Assembly (NCBI GenBank): GCA_030704615.1 | Contig: CM060731.1 | Location: 59,582,001-59,646,000 of the forward strand | Length of the DNA stretch: 64,000 bases | Reading direction: 5' to 3' | Origin: Takakia lepidozioides | Taxonomy: Eukaryota; Plantae; Bryophyta | Part shown: in pieces, positions 1 to 13,099 of the stretch | Layout of the letters: each line of letters begins with the position of its first letter | Position numbering within the stretch: position 1 is the first letter of the stretch | The notes under the pieces: generated by a model | The model's database searches: none | What the model was told of the DNA's origin: nothing | Seen by the model: only the letters and a program-made list of their open reading frames with translations | Program-made: the position numbers and the translations under genes

Positions 1-1110
1 TACAGGTGACAGATGAAGGCCCAGTCTTGGTACAACTTTGCAGCAGATGGTGTTAGATAGGACATGGACGCAGACGATGCGATGCCAGTGAAAAACTTGC
101 ATTACAGAGGAGCATGCCAGAAGTCGAAGAAGGATATCATGCGTTCTGTTGTCAATGTTGCTGTTGATCTACTAGTCGTTGAGCCTTTCAGTTGGTCGAC
201 AAGCACATTATGCCAGCTGAAAGATTTTACGACTCAAAGTTTGCACTCTTGTAACTTGAGCTGAGATTGCTCTCATCCCAGACGATGCAAAGCAAACTTG
301 GGCCTTGGCAATCGCATTTGGGCCTCTCTGCAGCAATAGTAGTAGATGTGTAATCCTCAGAAGTTGAAGTCAGAACTTATGCAACCCCAAAGTTTCACTG
401 CGTGACCGAGGACCAGTGCTCGCCATATATTTTGAGAAAAAATTAGGCCAACTTACAAGTTTCCATTTATGGCAAATTACAGAGACACTATTGCAGCCCA
501 TAAGCTGATTTATCCACTTCGGAATTCCAGGAAAATTTCTCAGAACTTAGACTAAGTATCGAGATCTAGTGAAAGAGACGGGATGGAGGCGAGGAGAGAT
601 CAACTCAATTGAGCGACAAGGAACGTTAGTTTCTTGTTCATTTTAGGATCTCTAGTTGCAATCGAGACTCTCTCTTCTTCCAACTACCTGGCACAGTATA
701 CAATAACCCTCACGCATGGGTGGAGTACTTACAATCTTGAAGTTAGCTTCCGAAGAGAGTTTCATGCTTAGCCACGCCATGAGCAGCTCACCGACAGCGG
801 GCGGGCGTCATGTTACAATCTAGATAGTCCGAATGGGCTACAAATGCTTCTCTAAGTAAGTTTCCGATGACAGTTTTAATATGCTTTGCCAGACCAGAAG
901 GGGGCGGGCAAGCATCATTCCTGCTACTAAATTAGTTGCTTGGGGAACTAGTTCTCTACCTAGATCGAAGCATTCCTGCTCAGATGTAGTAACTCTGTCG
1001 CATAATATGTTTCGCTAAATCCTACTCGCCGGCATATTTCTCAAGAACCTCTGGTTCGTCAAAATTGACGGCCGGTTCGCAGCCGTTGGGATTCTAGATA
1101 GGTGACACTT

Positions 1111-2280
1111 TCAGCTGAAAGGAACTGCATCGAGTCGCAGCTCAAGGGCAGCAATCTGATGGTTGTTTCCAGTCAAAAAAGCTGGCGACCATAGCCAGGC
1201 CATCTTCGCGAAGTCATAGATTAATGCCTGCGAGTATCGGTCTGCCACAAAACAGATGTGGTCTCCAAGCCCTGCACAATTGAACGCATCATAATGATGG
1301 AAATTCGTTGTTAATCTATTGAACAAATGGCCAGGCATCACCAGAACTTTTGTCCACGCTGTTCTTGATTGCTCGAGCCTCCAAATTGCGATGCCTTTCG
1401 TTGGAAAATCTTTTCCTATTCCCCCAACCATCAACAAATTCTCCCAGTGATTCAAAAGATAGCCGTAGAGAATATCCTGGGGCATGGCAGCTTGGACCTC
1501 GCTCCAAGAATCTTCCAGTATGGTGTATGCAAACACACTCAAGGATTCATATATTACGAGAATGTAAAATACACTGCCGCATACGACGCTGCTGTCTGAG
1601 AGAACATCGCCAGTGATTTCAATGCTGCTCTTGAGTTCCCATCGATCACATTTTGAGGAATAGACCTCTGTGATTGGAGCTGGAAGTTCATCTCTCCAAA
1701 CTATTATATTGTAGTCTTTCCCATTACCTTCCATCATCATGCCTGCCTCGAACGCAGATTTGATACTCAAAAGAGGAGGCAACTCCCTCCACAAATTCGT
1801 GATGGGGTTGCACACGGACAGCAGATTGGTCTCTCGATCTTTCAAACACACAAGCCCTTCGGAAGCTGCCACAATGTCATACTTCGCAGGGATTTTCAAC
1901 CCAGTGAATGGAATCCGGTACCACTTGTGGAAGATGAGATCAAAGACGAGGGCCAGCATGCCCAGACTGCGCTCCACAAGCATTAGGAAGTGGGGTCCAC
2001 GGCATCGGGTCAGCTCTGTGGATGCCTTTAGAAAATTAGAGCATTCAAGGTTATTGTTCCATCTCCTGCAGACACCTCTGAACCGGAAGAGGGTTGGAAG
2101 GGGAAGGCATGCTGCGATCCTGTCTAGGATAACCTCGGGAAGATACCGCCACACATTTGCATCCAATTCTATGATATCGGCAGCTGATGATGGTGAGGAC
2201 ACACGCTTAAACTCTGCATCTCTGCTACCCGACGCCTCCGGGTTTTTATCCCTGCCCTCCAGCGAATTCATTTTCCACAC
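1111..2280 (-). CDS. F-box protein with kelch/beta-propeller-like C-terminus (389 aa, single coding exon)
   Basis: F-box motif WRYLPEVILDRIAACLPLPTLFRFRGVCRRWN. Plant F-box/kelch motifs AASEGLVC, VCNPITNLWRELPP and TEVYSS follow. ORF is intact. A CT-rich leader (GA repeat on + at ~2733-2750) suggests a 5' UTR upstream. Confidence 0.92.
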   Translation of the reverse strand: MWKMNSLEGRDKNPEASGSRDAEFKRVSSPSSAADIIELDANVWRYLPEVILDRIAACLPLPTLFRFRGVCRRWNNNLECSNFLKASTELTRCRGPHFLMLVERSLGMLALVFDLIFHKWYRIPFTGLKIPAKYDIVAASEGLVCLKDRETNLLSVCNPITNLWRELPPLLSIKSAFEAGMMMEGNGKDYNIIVWRDELPAPITEVYSSKCDRWELKSSIEITGDVLSDSSVVCGSVFYILVIYESLSVFAYTILEDSWSEVQAAMPQDILYGYLLNHWENLLMVGGIGKDFPTKGIAIWRLEQSRTAWTKVLVMPGHLFNRLTTNFHHYDAFNCAGLGDHICFVADRYSQALIYDFAKMAWLWSPAFLTGNNHQIAALELRLDAVPFS

Positions 2281-5200
2281 TGCTCGATGGAGACAGCCGC
2301 TGCAGATCAGATAAACTATTGAAAGTTTGACAGAATTGTGCTGTACATTTCAAGTCTAGGAAAATCACATACCGACCTCAATCAAACGCTGCAACAACTG
2401 GCTAAGTTACTCCCGTACTGGCAGCCTGTACGGGAAAAACTATTCATGAGCAACTGCAGCCGCCTGCAGAGTGAACATCGATTGCAATCAACCCCATGAC
2501 TGAATGTGGCCTAGCTGCATACAAATTTTTTGTCACCCCAAGTCTAGCATGCTGACGCTCAACTCTCCCCGCAAAGCCTCATCTTGCTAGAGATGACCTG
2601 CGTCGACAGTTCCTCAAACCCAGATCAGATCATGCATTCAAAGAAAAATGTAGAGTCCACTGGGGCGAGCAGTCACTCCAGAATTTGTTGGAGGGGCTCC
2701 TGTCGATCTACTCCCCTGCTCCAAAAATCGATGAGAGAGAGAGAGAGAGATCGAAGGGGGCGGCGCTGCAATGCAGTGCATCGCTTGCGTTGCCTCTTCA
2801 CACTCCAAAGGAGCGCGGGCTTTGCACGACTCACTAACTTACCCTAATTATGAGATTCCACTCACTAAACCCGTGATTAGTGAGGCCGCCTGTCGGTTAC
2901 GTAACGTTCGTTGGACGGGTTTCATCCCTTCGGAGTCGTCATCCTTCCGCAAACATGTTTAGGCTCGAGAATGGATGAATGATAAGTTGATAATGGATGA
3001 ACAACGTCGGGGTGCGTGTTGAAATTAACAAATGGGCGCGACGCTCTGGATCAACAGCCGGCCCGAGGCTCTTCACACTCGTAGATCCGTGTGATTGTCT
3101 TGCAGGAGAGGCTCGCACAATTTGGCCGGGCTAGCGAGCTTCTGAGATGGAAACTACTCGAACTCAACAGTCTGAAGCTAGAGAGAGAGTGAGTGTTTGT
3201 TTTGTATAAGAAGCTAGACAGCAGGTGGGAAAGATTAAAGCTTCGCCCAGAAGATTCCGCTCTATAAGCGCCCAACTGTAAAGTCTTAAAGAATCTGGTA
3301 AGGGAAGTGCTGAATTCCTGTGGAGGGAGCAGCAGGGTTTGCTGCGTTCCACTCTATAATTTTGTAAGGAGATCATTACCTTTAACCTGGTACAGCTAGC
3401 AAAGGCTGTGTCCATTCTACGAATTTCAGTGTATATGCTTTGTAGAATCACTAATTTGATTAGTAACTGCGTGATGAAAACTTTCCGGAAAGTAAAAGGG
3501 CAGTCGTCTAGCACATTCTCACTTTCCCCCAACCGCGTTTGACACCCAGCAAACTGAAGCCCAAACTAGAGAGATAAGAAGAATCACGTGCCGTTGTAAT
3601 ATATATATACAATCCGCATGGTCTCTCATGAGTCCGGTGTATCTTTCTTTTTCCTTCAATAATTAATTGCTAGTACGAATGCCATTTGTAGGAGCTCGCT
3701 GGCTTGGAACCAGCTGGTGAAGGGAGAATCTGTCTCGCAACATAACTGACATTCACACTGTCTGCACACCCACTCCCTGTCTGATATCGAATTAGTAGGG
3801 TTCAAGACTGATTATACCCCTCACGCAAGCGAACAAAGAAAGAGGTGAACCATATACAGTATGGGAAAGCTTTATAAGGAGAGCTATGCCAACACTTTCG
3901 CAGCAGTCAACGTGCGATATGCCTTAGAAAAGCTTATCAACGTCCTCCAAACACCCCACGAGAGACGACACCTTTCGATCCGGACGGGTGCCGCTGCTGC
4001 TGCCGCAGCTCGAGAGCGAGCTAAGAACACAGTTCCACCAAATTCTGGTCCAGTGGACACAGCGGTAGTATCAACCAATCCTACATGCTCTGGAAACTCT
4101 ACTTCGGGTTCAAACTCTAGCACAAGGACTCCTGGAACTGCATCATTAGAGGACCATACCACCAGCTCTGGATCCACGGCTTCAATAGACGAATCCGTGT
4201 GTGAAAGCAGCGAAGCTGGCCGGAGGAACTTGAAGGACGATAGAAGCAGTGAATCTTCCCGCTCCTCCAAAGAATTTTCCCGTACCAGGCTCAAGAAGAA
4301 GATCGTCATATCGAATCCGACTCCGGATTCTATAGCCATCAACTTCACTGGTCACATTCCACCCTTATTGCACGACAAAGTAATTCCCGATTCAGCCCGC
4401 TGAGAGTAGATATAGATTTTCAATTTATTCTGACATGGTTGGATCGAGTTTTAGAGCATCCACCTGGTTGAAATTTCTGGTTCATGATGGGCCATGGACA
4501 AGGGGAATTTCCTCTTAAGATCATTCCCTAGATCTCTCCTATATCTAGAAATCAGTGACGAGATGCATTGGGTTCGTGGATTGCAGATGTGGAAACGGAG
4601 CCTACGTTCTTCAGATCCTGGCAAGCTGCCTCGGATCCCCCCACACCCCAGTACAGTTCAAGGAACTGTGACAAACATGCTGAGGCCTCTAACCTCTGAT
4701 TCAGCCCAATGGAGTGCTACACCTTGCAAGTATTGGAATTCCCCACTCTAGACAAAAGGTAAGATCCCTACCCTTGGGATTCCAGTGTCACCGAGATCTT
4801 TGCTGCGAGCTCTAGAGAAGAAATAAATTTCACTTTTACCTGCTGCATATATGGTAATTGTGAACAACTGATGTCACTCCAACATCTGTTTTATACTTTT
4901 TTCAAAACTGTTTTGACCCGGGGGGTTGGGGGGGGATTATGTGTATCACTTCAAATGTCAGTTCCTGAACTAAAGTTTCAATTAACTCTAGGCGGTCACC
5001 TTTTCAAGAGAGATGTTTCAGAGTCAACAAAGCCTACAGTACCTGTCATGACTATATTGAAGACCCCACTAGAGGCTCTCGCTTCAGTTTGCTGGAATTT
5101 ACTTGGGCTGTTTACTGAGCTTTGTGCATTTGGTCTTTTCGTGATTACACATAATATAGGGTTGAAGAAAAATCTCAACTCGTTTACCGATGGTAGTCCT

Positions 5201-6657
5201 GAGAGAACTGAGCCAATCCTAGGCGTCCCATAGGATCAGTACTCGGTTGGGTCCACCCATGGTGTCCACCATAACTTCAAGTAGAAGTGGACTTGTCTGC
5301 ACTACAACGAATTCTCTACAATATGTCCAACAAAATCCAGGCTCATATTCGTCAATGCAGGGCGGAAAACTTCTGTGTACCAGCTCAAGGAAAATTAATC
5401 ACTCGGTATCTTATTCACTTGCAGTCTGGTTGTAAGGAATCCTATTTACACTGACCCATGTGGAAATGAATTGTGCAGTGTAGTACCGGTAGTATGCTCA
5501 CATTCAAAAGATGCTGGAAATGGGCCCACGAAGATTTGTAACCTCATTTTGAATAATCAGCCTTTGATCTAGTCGCTAGTGACAGCTCAATGACTACAGC
5601 CACGCCTCCCCGATTTGTCCATGAATTATGGGGACAGCCTTAAGAGTGTCTGTGTGGAAGGACAAGGATAGGGGAAACACTGGAAATAGAATCTTTACAC
5701 TAATTCAAGAATAATAGTTCAATCACTTGTTTACTCCAAAATCTTAGGTTCCTTTCATTGTGGGGCTGCAAATCTTGTTTTCTTGCAAGGTGTAAGGTCT
5801 AACAACTCGCTCTAGTATGCACCAGATACGGCACTCCAATTTCTTTGACTTTGAACATAACTCAATTCAAGCTGCAAGATATTTCCATCGCTCTGTCGTG
5901 GAAGAGCCCTGTACACAACATGCACTCGACAATTTCGTATTCCATACAATTCATAAGGCTGTCCAATTCTAGACTAGTCTACAGTCTTGTGAACATTATA
6001 TATCTATCTATCTGTAATGCGGAGGGTGGAAGACAAATGATCCTAATCAACAGGGGCGACTCTCGTTATCCAAGCATAATATAGCCACCCTTTCTGAATG
6101 TGTAGTGTGATCAACCAGTCAGGAGCCATTGGAGTGAGTACTACTGGTCAAAGTGACCTTGCGCTGCACAAATCTATACGTGTCCAGGACCTCATTCTTA
6201 CTTTGTTCATTGATGTGTTGCCCTTAAAACTTACACTTTCTATGTCCATTTTATGCTTGGCAAGATCGCCTTCTTGTCCATCATCAGATGAAGAGATCCC
6301 ACCCTCCCCGCCAAACGAAAAAAGCATACCCACCAACATCACTGCCTACTTGATCCGCTTCAACCACATGCCCACCAGCCCACATTTCCCCACAACGTTT
6401 GCACACAGATCTAGAAAGCCCATTCACACGTCACATACAGATTAAACCGTGCTGGCCTCAGCTTCAAGATGCTCTTGTGTACTAACAAGTACTGAAGGAT
6501 AAAAGCTACACGACCAGGTCAACTAAGCATACTTACTACTGCATTAACTAGCATCTAACCTCCAAGTCAACCAACTAAACTGCTCAACTAGCTGGGCTCT
6601 AACTGACCAGCTAAACTAAACCTACTAGCTAACCCACAGAGCAACTGGAGTCTGGAA

Positions 6658-6687
6658 CTATTATTATTATTATTATTATTATTATTA
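6658..6687. repeat. (TTA)n microsatellite
   Basis: About 10 consecutive TTA units. Confidence 0.9.
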
Positions 6688-6989
6688 TGTGTATTTACGG
6701 AAAAGGGGTTGTGTTATTCTTCAAATATTGCATTAGAATTTAGAAGAGATCCATGTGACTTGACTCTTTGTGAATCTTTGATACCCATGTTTATATTTCT
6801 AGAGTATCAACTAACAACCCCGCAGTTCAATGAGTTTCAATCATTGCAATGCAATAATCCTCCAATATTTCCAATACTTTTTTATTTTTGATAAAGGAGA
6901 CAGCCTTGGCCCTTTGAATCAAATTAAATAACTACATCTTGGGAGTTGTACCCTTCAATGCTCTTATTTACTTTTTCTTGGCAGTTCTA

Positions 6990-7232
6990 GTACTCTTTAA
7001 GGTGAATTATCAAATATGTATTATGCTAAATATCTAGAATTTATACTAATTAGGGTTCGTGTACTTTCATAGCTGAATTATTAAATATGTATATTGTGTG
7101 ACCTAAAGGTAGTAATATCTAGATATTTACACTAGTTAGGGTTCGTGTCCTTTCTTAGATGAATTATTACATATGTATATATATATATATTCTTAATATG
7201 TATATGATGTGACCTAAAGGTAATAATAACTA
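6990..7232. repeat. Short AT-rich tandem duplication (two full units plus a partial one)
   Basis: tagggttcgtgt...gaattatt...gtgacctaaaggta.taata.ctag occurs at ~7050 and ~7137, with a partial copy at ~6990. Confidence 0.7.
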
Positions 7233-7998
7233 GGGCAAACATGGATCCAGGGTCTGACTAGGCATGACATAAGCAGCAGCACTAAAACTGCATGATCCCA
7301 ACTCAACTGCAGTTAAGCGCTGTGTCGTGTTGCACAGTAAATGCGTGGCCTGTGGTTAAGTATTGAGTGCTGCGATTGGCGTTGAGTGGATGGAATAGTG
7401 CCCGCCATCAATGCACCATCTTCCGCTATTATTCACCCTAATGCCTATTTAATGCCCAACAGAAGCAGCCAATGTAGGGCCATTTGCAGATGCCAGTGGC
7501 CTTTATAGCACTCCACATATAGGGGCCAGCACTATTTTATGTCATTACTGAGACGGATGCCTCACGGGAGCGGGCTTTAGTGGATTCGAGCCCAGGACCG
7601 GGGGCTGTGTAAACAGCATTGACTAATAGTACAAGGGAGCTAAGAAGGCTGGCGGCCCGGCGAGCACGTGGGCGGGTCCACACGAGAATTGGCGCGTGAT
7701 CGCCTGAGGTCCCAAGGAAGATTTCAGCTCATCCTGGCCGTGCATATGAGCGGATCGATTGTCGGAGAGACAGGAAACCTCAGATGGGGCCCACCTTGAG
7801 AACGCGGTGTTTGACTTTGCTTCCGCAGGCCCCAGGTGCCAAATCCAGGTGCCGTGACGCGGGCCCGTGTGATCGCGGACGTTGGGATCTGAGCGGGCGT
7901 GTGCCCATCCGGAAAACCTAACCCTAATAGACGAAAAAGAGAAAGAACGAAATGTCTTGAAGGTTGGGAAACGTCCTCAACTTGACCCCACCACTTGT

Positions 7999-8071
7999 TG
8001 GAGACGCCGGGTATCGATCCCGGTACCTCTCGCATGCAAAGCGAGCGCTCTTCCATTTGAGCTACACCCCC
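7999..8071 (-). tRNA. tRNA-Ala (anticodon UGC)
   Basis: Reverse complement GGGGGTGTAGCTCAAATGGAAGAGCGCTCGCTTTGCATGCGAGAGGTACCGGGATCGATACCCGGCGTCTCCA folds as a cloverleaf. It has the G3:U70 Ala identity pair, anticodon stem CTCGC/GCGAG and T-stem CCGGG/CCCGG. Confidence 0.93.
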
Positions 8072-8147
8072 TTCCACAAATATGTCTTGTCATTTTATGA
8101 ACTTATTAGATACAAATGGAGCGTAATATACCGCTCTCAGTTGTCGA

Positions 8148-9450
8148 TTTTTTTATATATAGGCCTGGAGGCAGGGTTTCAGTCACAAGTCTGGGAGGGC
8201 AGACACGTGCCGTGTGGGGGTGTCACGAAGGGGGAAGATAAGGAGCTTTCAGTTCAGATAGAGACGCAGGTAAGATTTCGTGAGATCTGTTTTGCAGGTC
8301 TGAGGTAAATATTTGATTCCCAGATTGATGAGAGAGCAACCCGTGAGGTTGTGATTCGGAAGCCATGGCTTGACAGAGGCCATGTGTGTTTGGGGAAGCC
8401 GCTGACCGGTTGAGCAGATAACGTCTGTAATAGTTCAGTTGATCTTCAAAGTGGAGCCATAACTGGAAGCCTTTGACGCCCAACTGCACATTCAAACTTG
8501 GGACCCACCCACAGTTCTTGCGGCCCATAGTGGCTGTACGCCTAGGGCATCATCAAAATGGTGGTAGCCTGGAACATCGTGAGTGGTGGGTTCCAGACAA
8601 CTTGAAAATTTAAGCTCCATTTTAAGTACAAAGAAGGGGGGGGGAAGTAATGAATCCCCATGGCAGGTACGTGCACACTGCACAGTGTGGAATCTGGAGT
8701 TCATCTGCTGTCAAAGCATCTCACCAGGGTAGGCAGAAATCCAATATGACACACGCCCTGCCTGCCAAGGTGCTTTCAATTGCAATGTGTGAAGTCTCAG
8801 AGCGATCAGGAGCAGGGTAGGTATGTATGTAACTCTCCTCTGTCCCCAACAAGATAAATCAGGAGAGCTCTCAGAACAGTGTTATAAGTGTACCCAGTAC
8901 CGCACAGGCCTTTTGAGGAAGGTGGCAAGGTGCTGACCTTGTTGGGCATCATCCCAAATCCCAAGTATGACGTCGCCAATGCTGGGAGAATCAAGGTCTG
9001 CACAGATTTATATAAATGCTTTCAATCCCACTGAGACGTGCGGTGCAGTGAGGAAGAGGAACTTGGCAAGGCAGAAAAGAAGCAGGCCCGTGTTTGTTCA
9101 GCAAGCGTGCTGTCTGAGGACCCCGCAGTACCCTCCTCCCCGCCAGATTCCCAAGATCACCGTACATTTCTTTTATAGATGAGTAGATTCATGCCTTAAG
9201 AGTCTTGTATGGGTTAGGTCTTTCTTGGTTGTTGTGTAGCTGAGGAGATTAATGCCCCGGCAATCATTTTTTGAGGAAACTTTCTCTTTTTATTGGTTGT
9301 CTGGAAGGAGGTCAGTGTCGCCCCCTATTTATGGCTTTTGGGTCAATGTGTGTAGATTGAGGAGTCACGGTTTATTGATTGGCTGCATGGGTGGCTTTAT
9401 GGGCTAATGGTTGCTTTTTGTGTTTACTGGTACATACTGTCTGTCATCAA
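8148..9450 (-). mobile_element. Possible highly decayed LINE 3' fragment
   Basis: A-rich tail on the minus strand at ~8148-8160. Broken frames give GVCHIGFLPT...PHCAVC, reminiscent of a zf-RVT region. Boundaries are approximate. Confidence 0.28.
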
Positions 9451-12400
9451 CTCAAAGATGATGTAGTGGGTGATCAGTTATTTAAAAGTCGACAAACTCA
9501 TGAACCAGCGCCATAATAATACTACTACAACTCATAACTTGTGCGTTGCTCAAGTCTTTGTTGCAAGCCAGACTCGATTGAGCAAGCATAATGATGAGAG
9601 ACTCCTTTGGCAAAGCAGAAAAACTACCAAGCTGGACCAACACACTGTGTAATAGTAACAACACTCTTCGAATGAATTCCTCACTTCAAACCCAAAGGTA
9701 GCCATGGATCGTTGTGCAGATTATAATGAAATGGTTTAGTGTTGTCCTCAGCTTTCTCAATGGTCTGAGGTCCTTGGTACCGAGCAAAACACACACACGC
9801 GCTGTTACACCTTCTCTCCTGCGCCTTCTTTGGATACTCTCTGCACACATGAGCTCAGGGAAACTTCCAATTTCTTTCTGCATTGCCAAAGTCACTCGTG
9901 TTTTTGCGCTGCGTACAAGATAAAAGCAGGCCAAGGACTAGCGAGGTACACTGAATTTCCAAACCTGTTGGGAAGAGATGGATGCAAGTAAATGGACCCC
10001 GGGTGCTCGTGGACGGAAGTAAAGGCACGCCAGTTCATTGATGGCGCCGTCTGCAGAGCCTCGCGTGGGCGCATTGACGCCGTCGCTCCAGTCTGCCACC
10101 CTCGCCTGCACACCACGTATCACTACGCCGACGCCGTCGTAATCACCCCATAGCGTCGTCCATGCATCCTATCCGTCGATCCACGGTTCGACGCGCCCAT
10201 TGTCGATAAGGTATATCCTCTGTGCCGTCCATCCATCCCGCAGCTAGGCCGTGGATGAAAAGCGTGTGGAGCCAAAGGCGGTACGAGGCGGAAAGAAAGG
10301 GTAGCAGGGATAAAGGCAACGTAACGGCAGCACAAACCGTCCTGTCCGACGGCACTGCCGCCTCAAATCCCGTTACCGTTACAGTCGACAGTTACGTTTT
10401 ACCTACCGCGCGCTTTTACTCTTCACCCTACTTACCTCTCTCGTTTTCACACACCCCACACGGGTGCCCGCGTTCATCCGTCGTCTTGTCACTGACAAGT
10501 GTCATTCGTCTACGATCCGTGGGACACACAGACTCATCCATCCGGCCCTCCCTCGCCCGCATGCCCCGGCCCAGGCCGTCCACAGTACCCGCCTTCATCC
10601 CCGCCACATTCATCCACTCCACTATTAATCCGATCACAACTGGAGGGAGGTCGGTGCGATTAGTTTTCTAATTACGAAATTAGAAAAATTAAGAATGATT
10701 AAGTGCGCACCGAGTTGCCGTTGCAATGGACGGAGGTTCAAAACCGTTAGCAAGTACAGCGACCGTTATACAGCACCGTATCTACTGCCGTCGTATATCT
10801 CCTCCTGCCATTACTATACGTGCTGCAGATGTGCTGGAAGCCTTTCAGTAATTCCTTTATATTTTAAGGAAAAAAAATGGAGTAGTAAATAATAATAAAT
10901 AGACCAAGACTGGATGATGTTTGAGGGGGGGTATGGATGAGAATTGGATGGTGGGCATATCTATCAGACGCTTCGGTCAGTACCAGCTGCGCTAGAGGGT
11001 AGCTCACCAAATGTTTGAACCCTAAAACTGTCCTCGATTTGAAATTATTCGTTGCAATTGCGGTATCGTGTGAGCTTTGAATGAAACCAGTAATGAAGGG
11101 CCGTGGGTTCAAACTTCATTGTTTGATTTTTTCCCCGAGTAGAGAGCGTTCGCCTACCAATTTTGGCAAACATTAATCATGCTAAAATCCACAAGATTCT
11201 TCGCACCTATTAATACCCGTGTGAGAAATAGCAACGGCAACGGAGTGCGTGGTAAACTACAATGGGAGTAATAAAGCGAGTCGAACAGCGAAAGAGGTTG
11301 TATGACGGCTAATAGGCGGACGACACGAAGGCAGGTAGGACGGGGTCTGACACAGCATCTACGCTGCATCCACAAGATGGCGAAACGGGTAGCTTGGGGT
11401 GAAAAGTAAAAGGTGAAATGGCCGAACGCGGTTGCGGGCACGCGTGCGCGCTGCGGCTGGTCGTGCACGACGCCGCCGTGCCCATCACTCGATACCCGAC
11501 AATCTCCATCCCTCCCCCATTCCGAGTTCGAATCCGCACACCAGCCACCCACAGCCTTCTTTCTCTCTTTCCGAAGCTGTGAGGAGGAACACCGGCAAGT
11601 TGTATCATCTATCTACAAATGTGCGGACGGAGTTTCACAAAGAAAACTAAAGTAGGGACCTCAAAAGCCCAAATTTTTTCGATGCCCACATCTGCTAGAG
11701 AGCGACGAGAATGGATGACTGATTGATGGCTATCCAGGCGTCCGTCCCCGCTTGGGTGGAGGATCGAGATGGTTATCGAGAGGGAGTGCATTATTGCAGG
11801 GAGGGGAGGGGGGGGGAGAGAAACCTCGTGGCCTCACACACGCTAATCTTTTCTGCACAACTCAATCTTTGTCTGCGCGGCCGTGCTGGCGCGAGGGAAG
11901 AGAAGGCGCAAACTTGAAGGCCCACGGAGGTCGCATCGACCCCAGTGATGAGAGTCCTGCTCTCACGCCCACATCAAACACTGTCCTGGCGTATAAATGC
12001 CGCCCATTGACTTGCGCGAGATCACGCCACGCTAAACATAGAGCGAGCGAGTACAAACAAAACACAGGGGGGCTTGAAGCAGATGAGCCTCCTTTTCCAC
12101 CGCAGACGGAGTTGTATGTCATTGCAAACAACCAAAAACAGAACGTACAGCGCTTTCCTAAGTTAGAAACGTGTTCCCAGTGCATGCAGCGTTGGAGAGC
12201 TTTCAACGGTGGAGTCTCCCACCGAGCCTTTTTGTCAGCACAACATTTCTTGCTGGGCCTGCCATGTCTAATAAGATGCAAGTGGGACTCGCACTCCTTC
12301 CACACTGCCGGTGAGCCCCACCGCGCATCGCATGTCGGCCTGCCACCGTCGACTGACACCTCAACCACTGCCATTTTTCTTGGCATTTTTCCGCTCTGCT

Positions 12401-13099
12401 TGTACGCTCAATCCGCAACATGCGCCCGCCCGACAAAATGGACCTTGCAAATCTCGGCCGTTGCTTTCATACGCGGTACCTAAGGAAGGACCGACTTCAA
12501 TCATTTCTTCATTTTTGTTTTTTCTTGACGGAAACCATGGTGGGAGGGATTCATCGGGCCCAACTTGTTTTTCTTTCAACTAGTTTCTTACATTAAAACA
12601 GCCTTATGTGGCCAGATAAAGTCGTAGCAGCGACGGAGAATGAACGAATTGCATTGAAAGATATTAACCATCCAACAGAAGAGCCATGTGGCGTATTCAT
12701 GGGGGCCATGTGCCGACATTACTTACTGGACGCTAAGAAATGCCAGTAGAGACAGATAACGCATTATACACTGAGTCCGTTCCATCAATTTAAGTGTTTA
12801 TTCCCCCCCTCTTTCCACGACCTTGACAACCAAGCTGGGTTGACCATTGCACATGTATTCTCTAATTCCATCATCCGAACAAAGAACTTGGCCATTGCCT
12901 CACTTGGCCGGACCGGGTCGTGAACCCCTTTCACATTTGTCACCCATAGGACTGGTTCGGTGGTTGTTCTCCCGGCTACACTACAACGACGAAATTAGAA
13001 TTGTGGAAATAAAATGCGACTAGAGTACGGGCAATGTTTGGAATGATGTTGATGATTAGTTCGCACCGGTTACGCGATTCGGCGACACAAAATGGAGGG

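Noticed and set aside
3861-4403. 180-aa Ser/Thr-rich ORF and the overlapping antisense ORF
   Set aside because: Low complexity, with no recognisable domain or splice support.
4750-6660. Possible decayed LTR/gag relic (PBS-like tggtgcatactagagc on the minus strand near 5810)
   Set aside because: No paired LTR, TSD or convincing protein motif.
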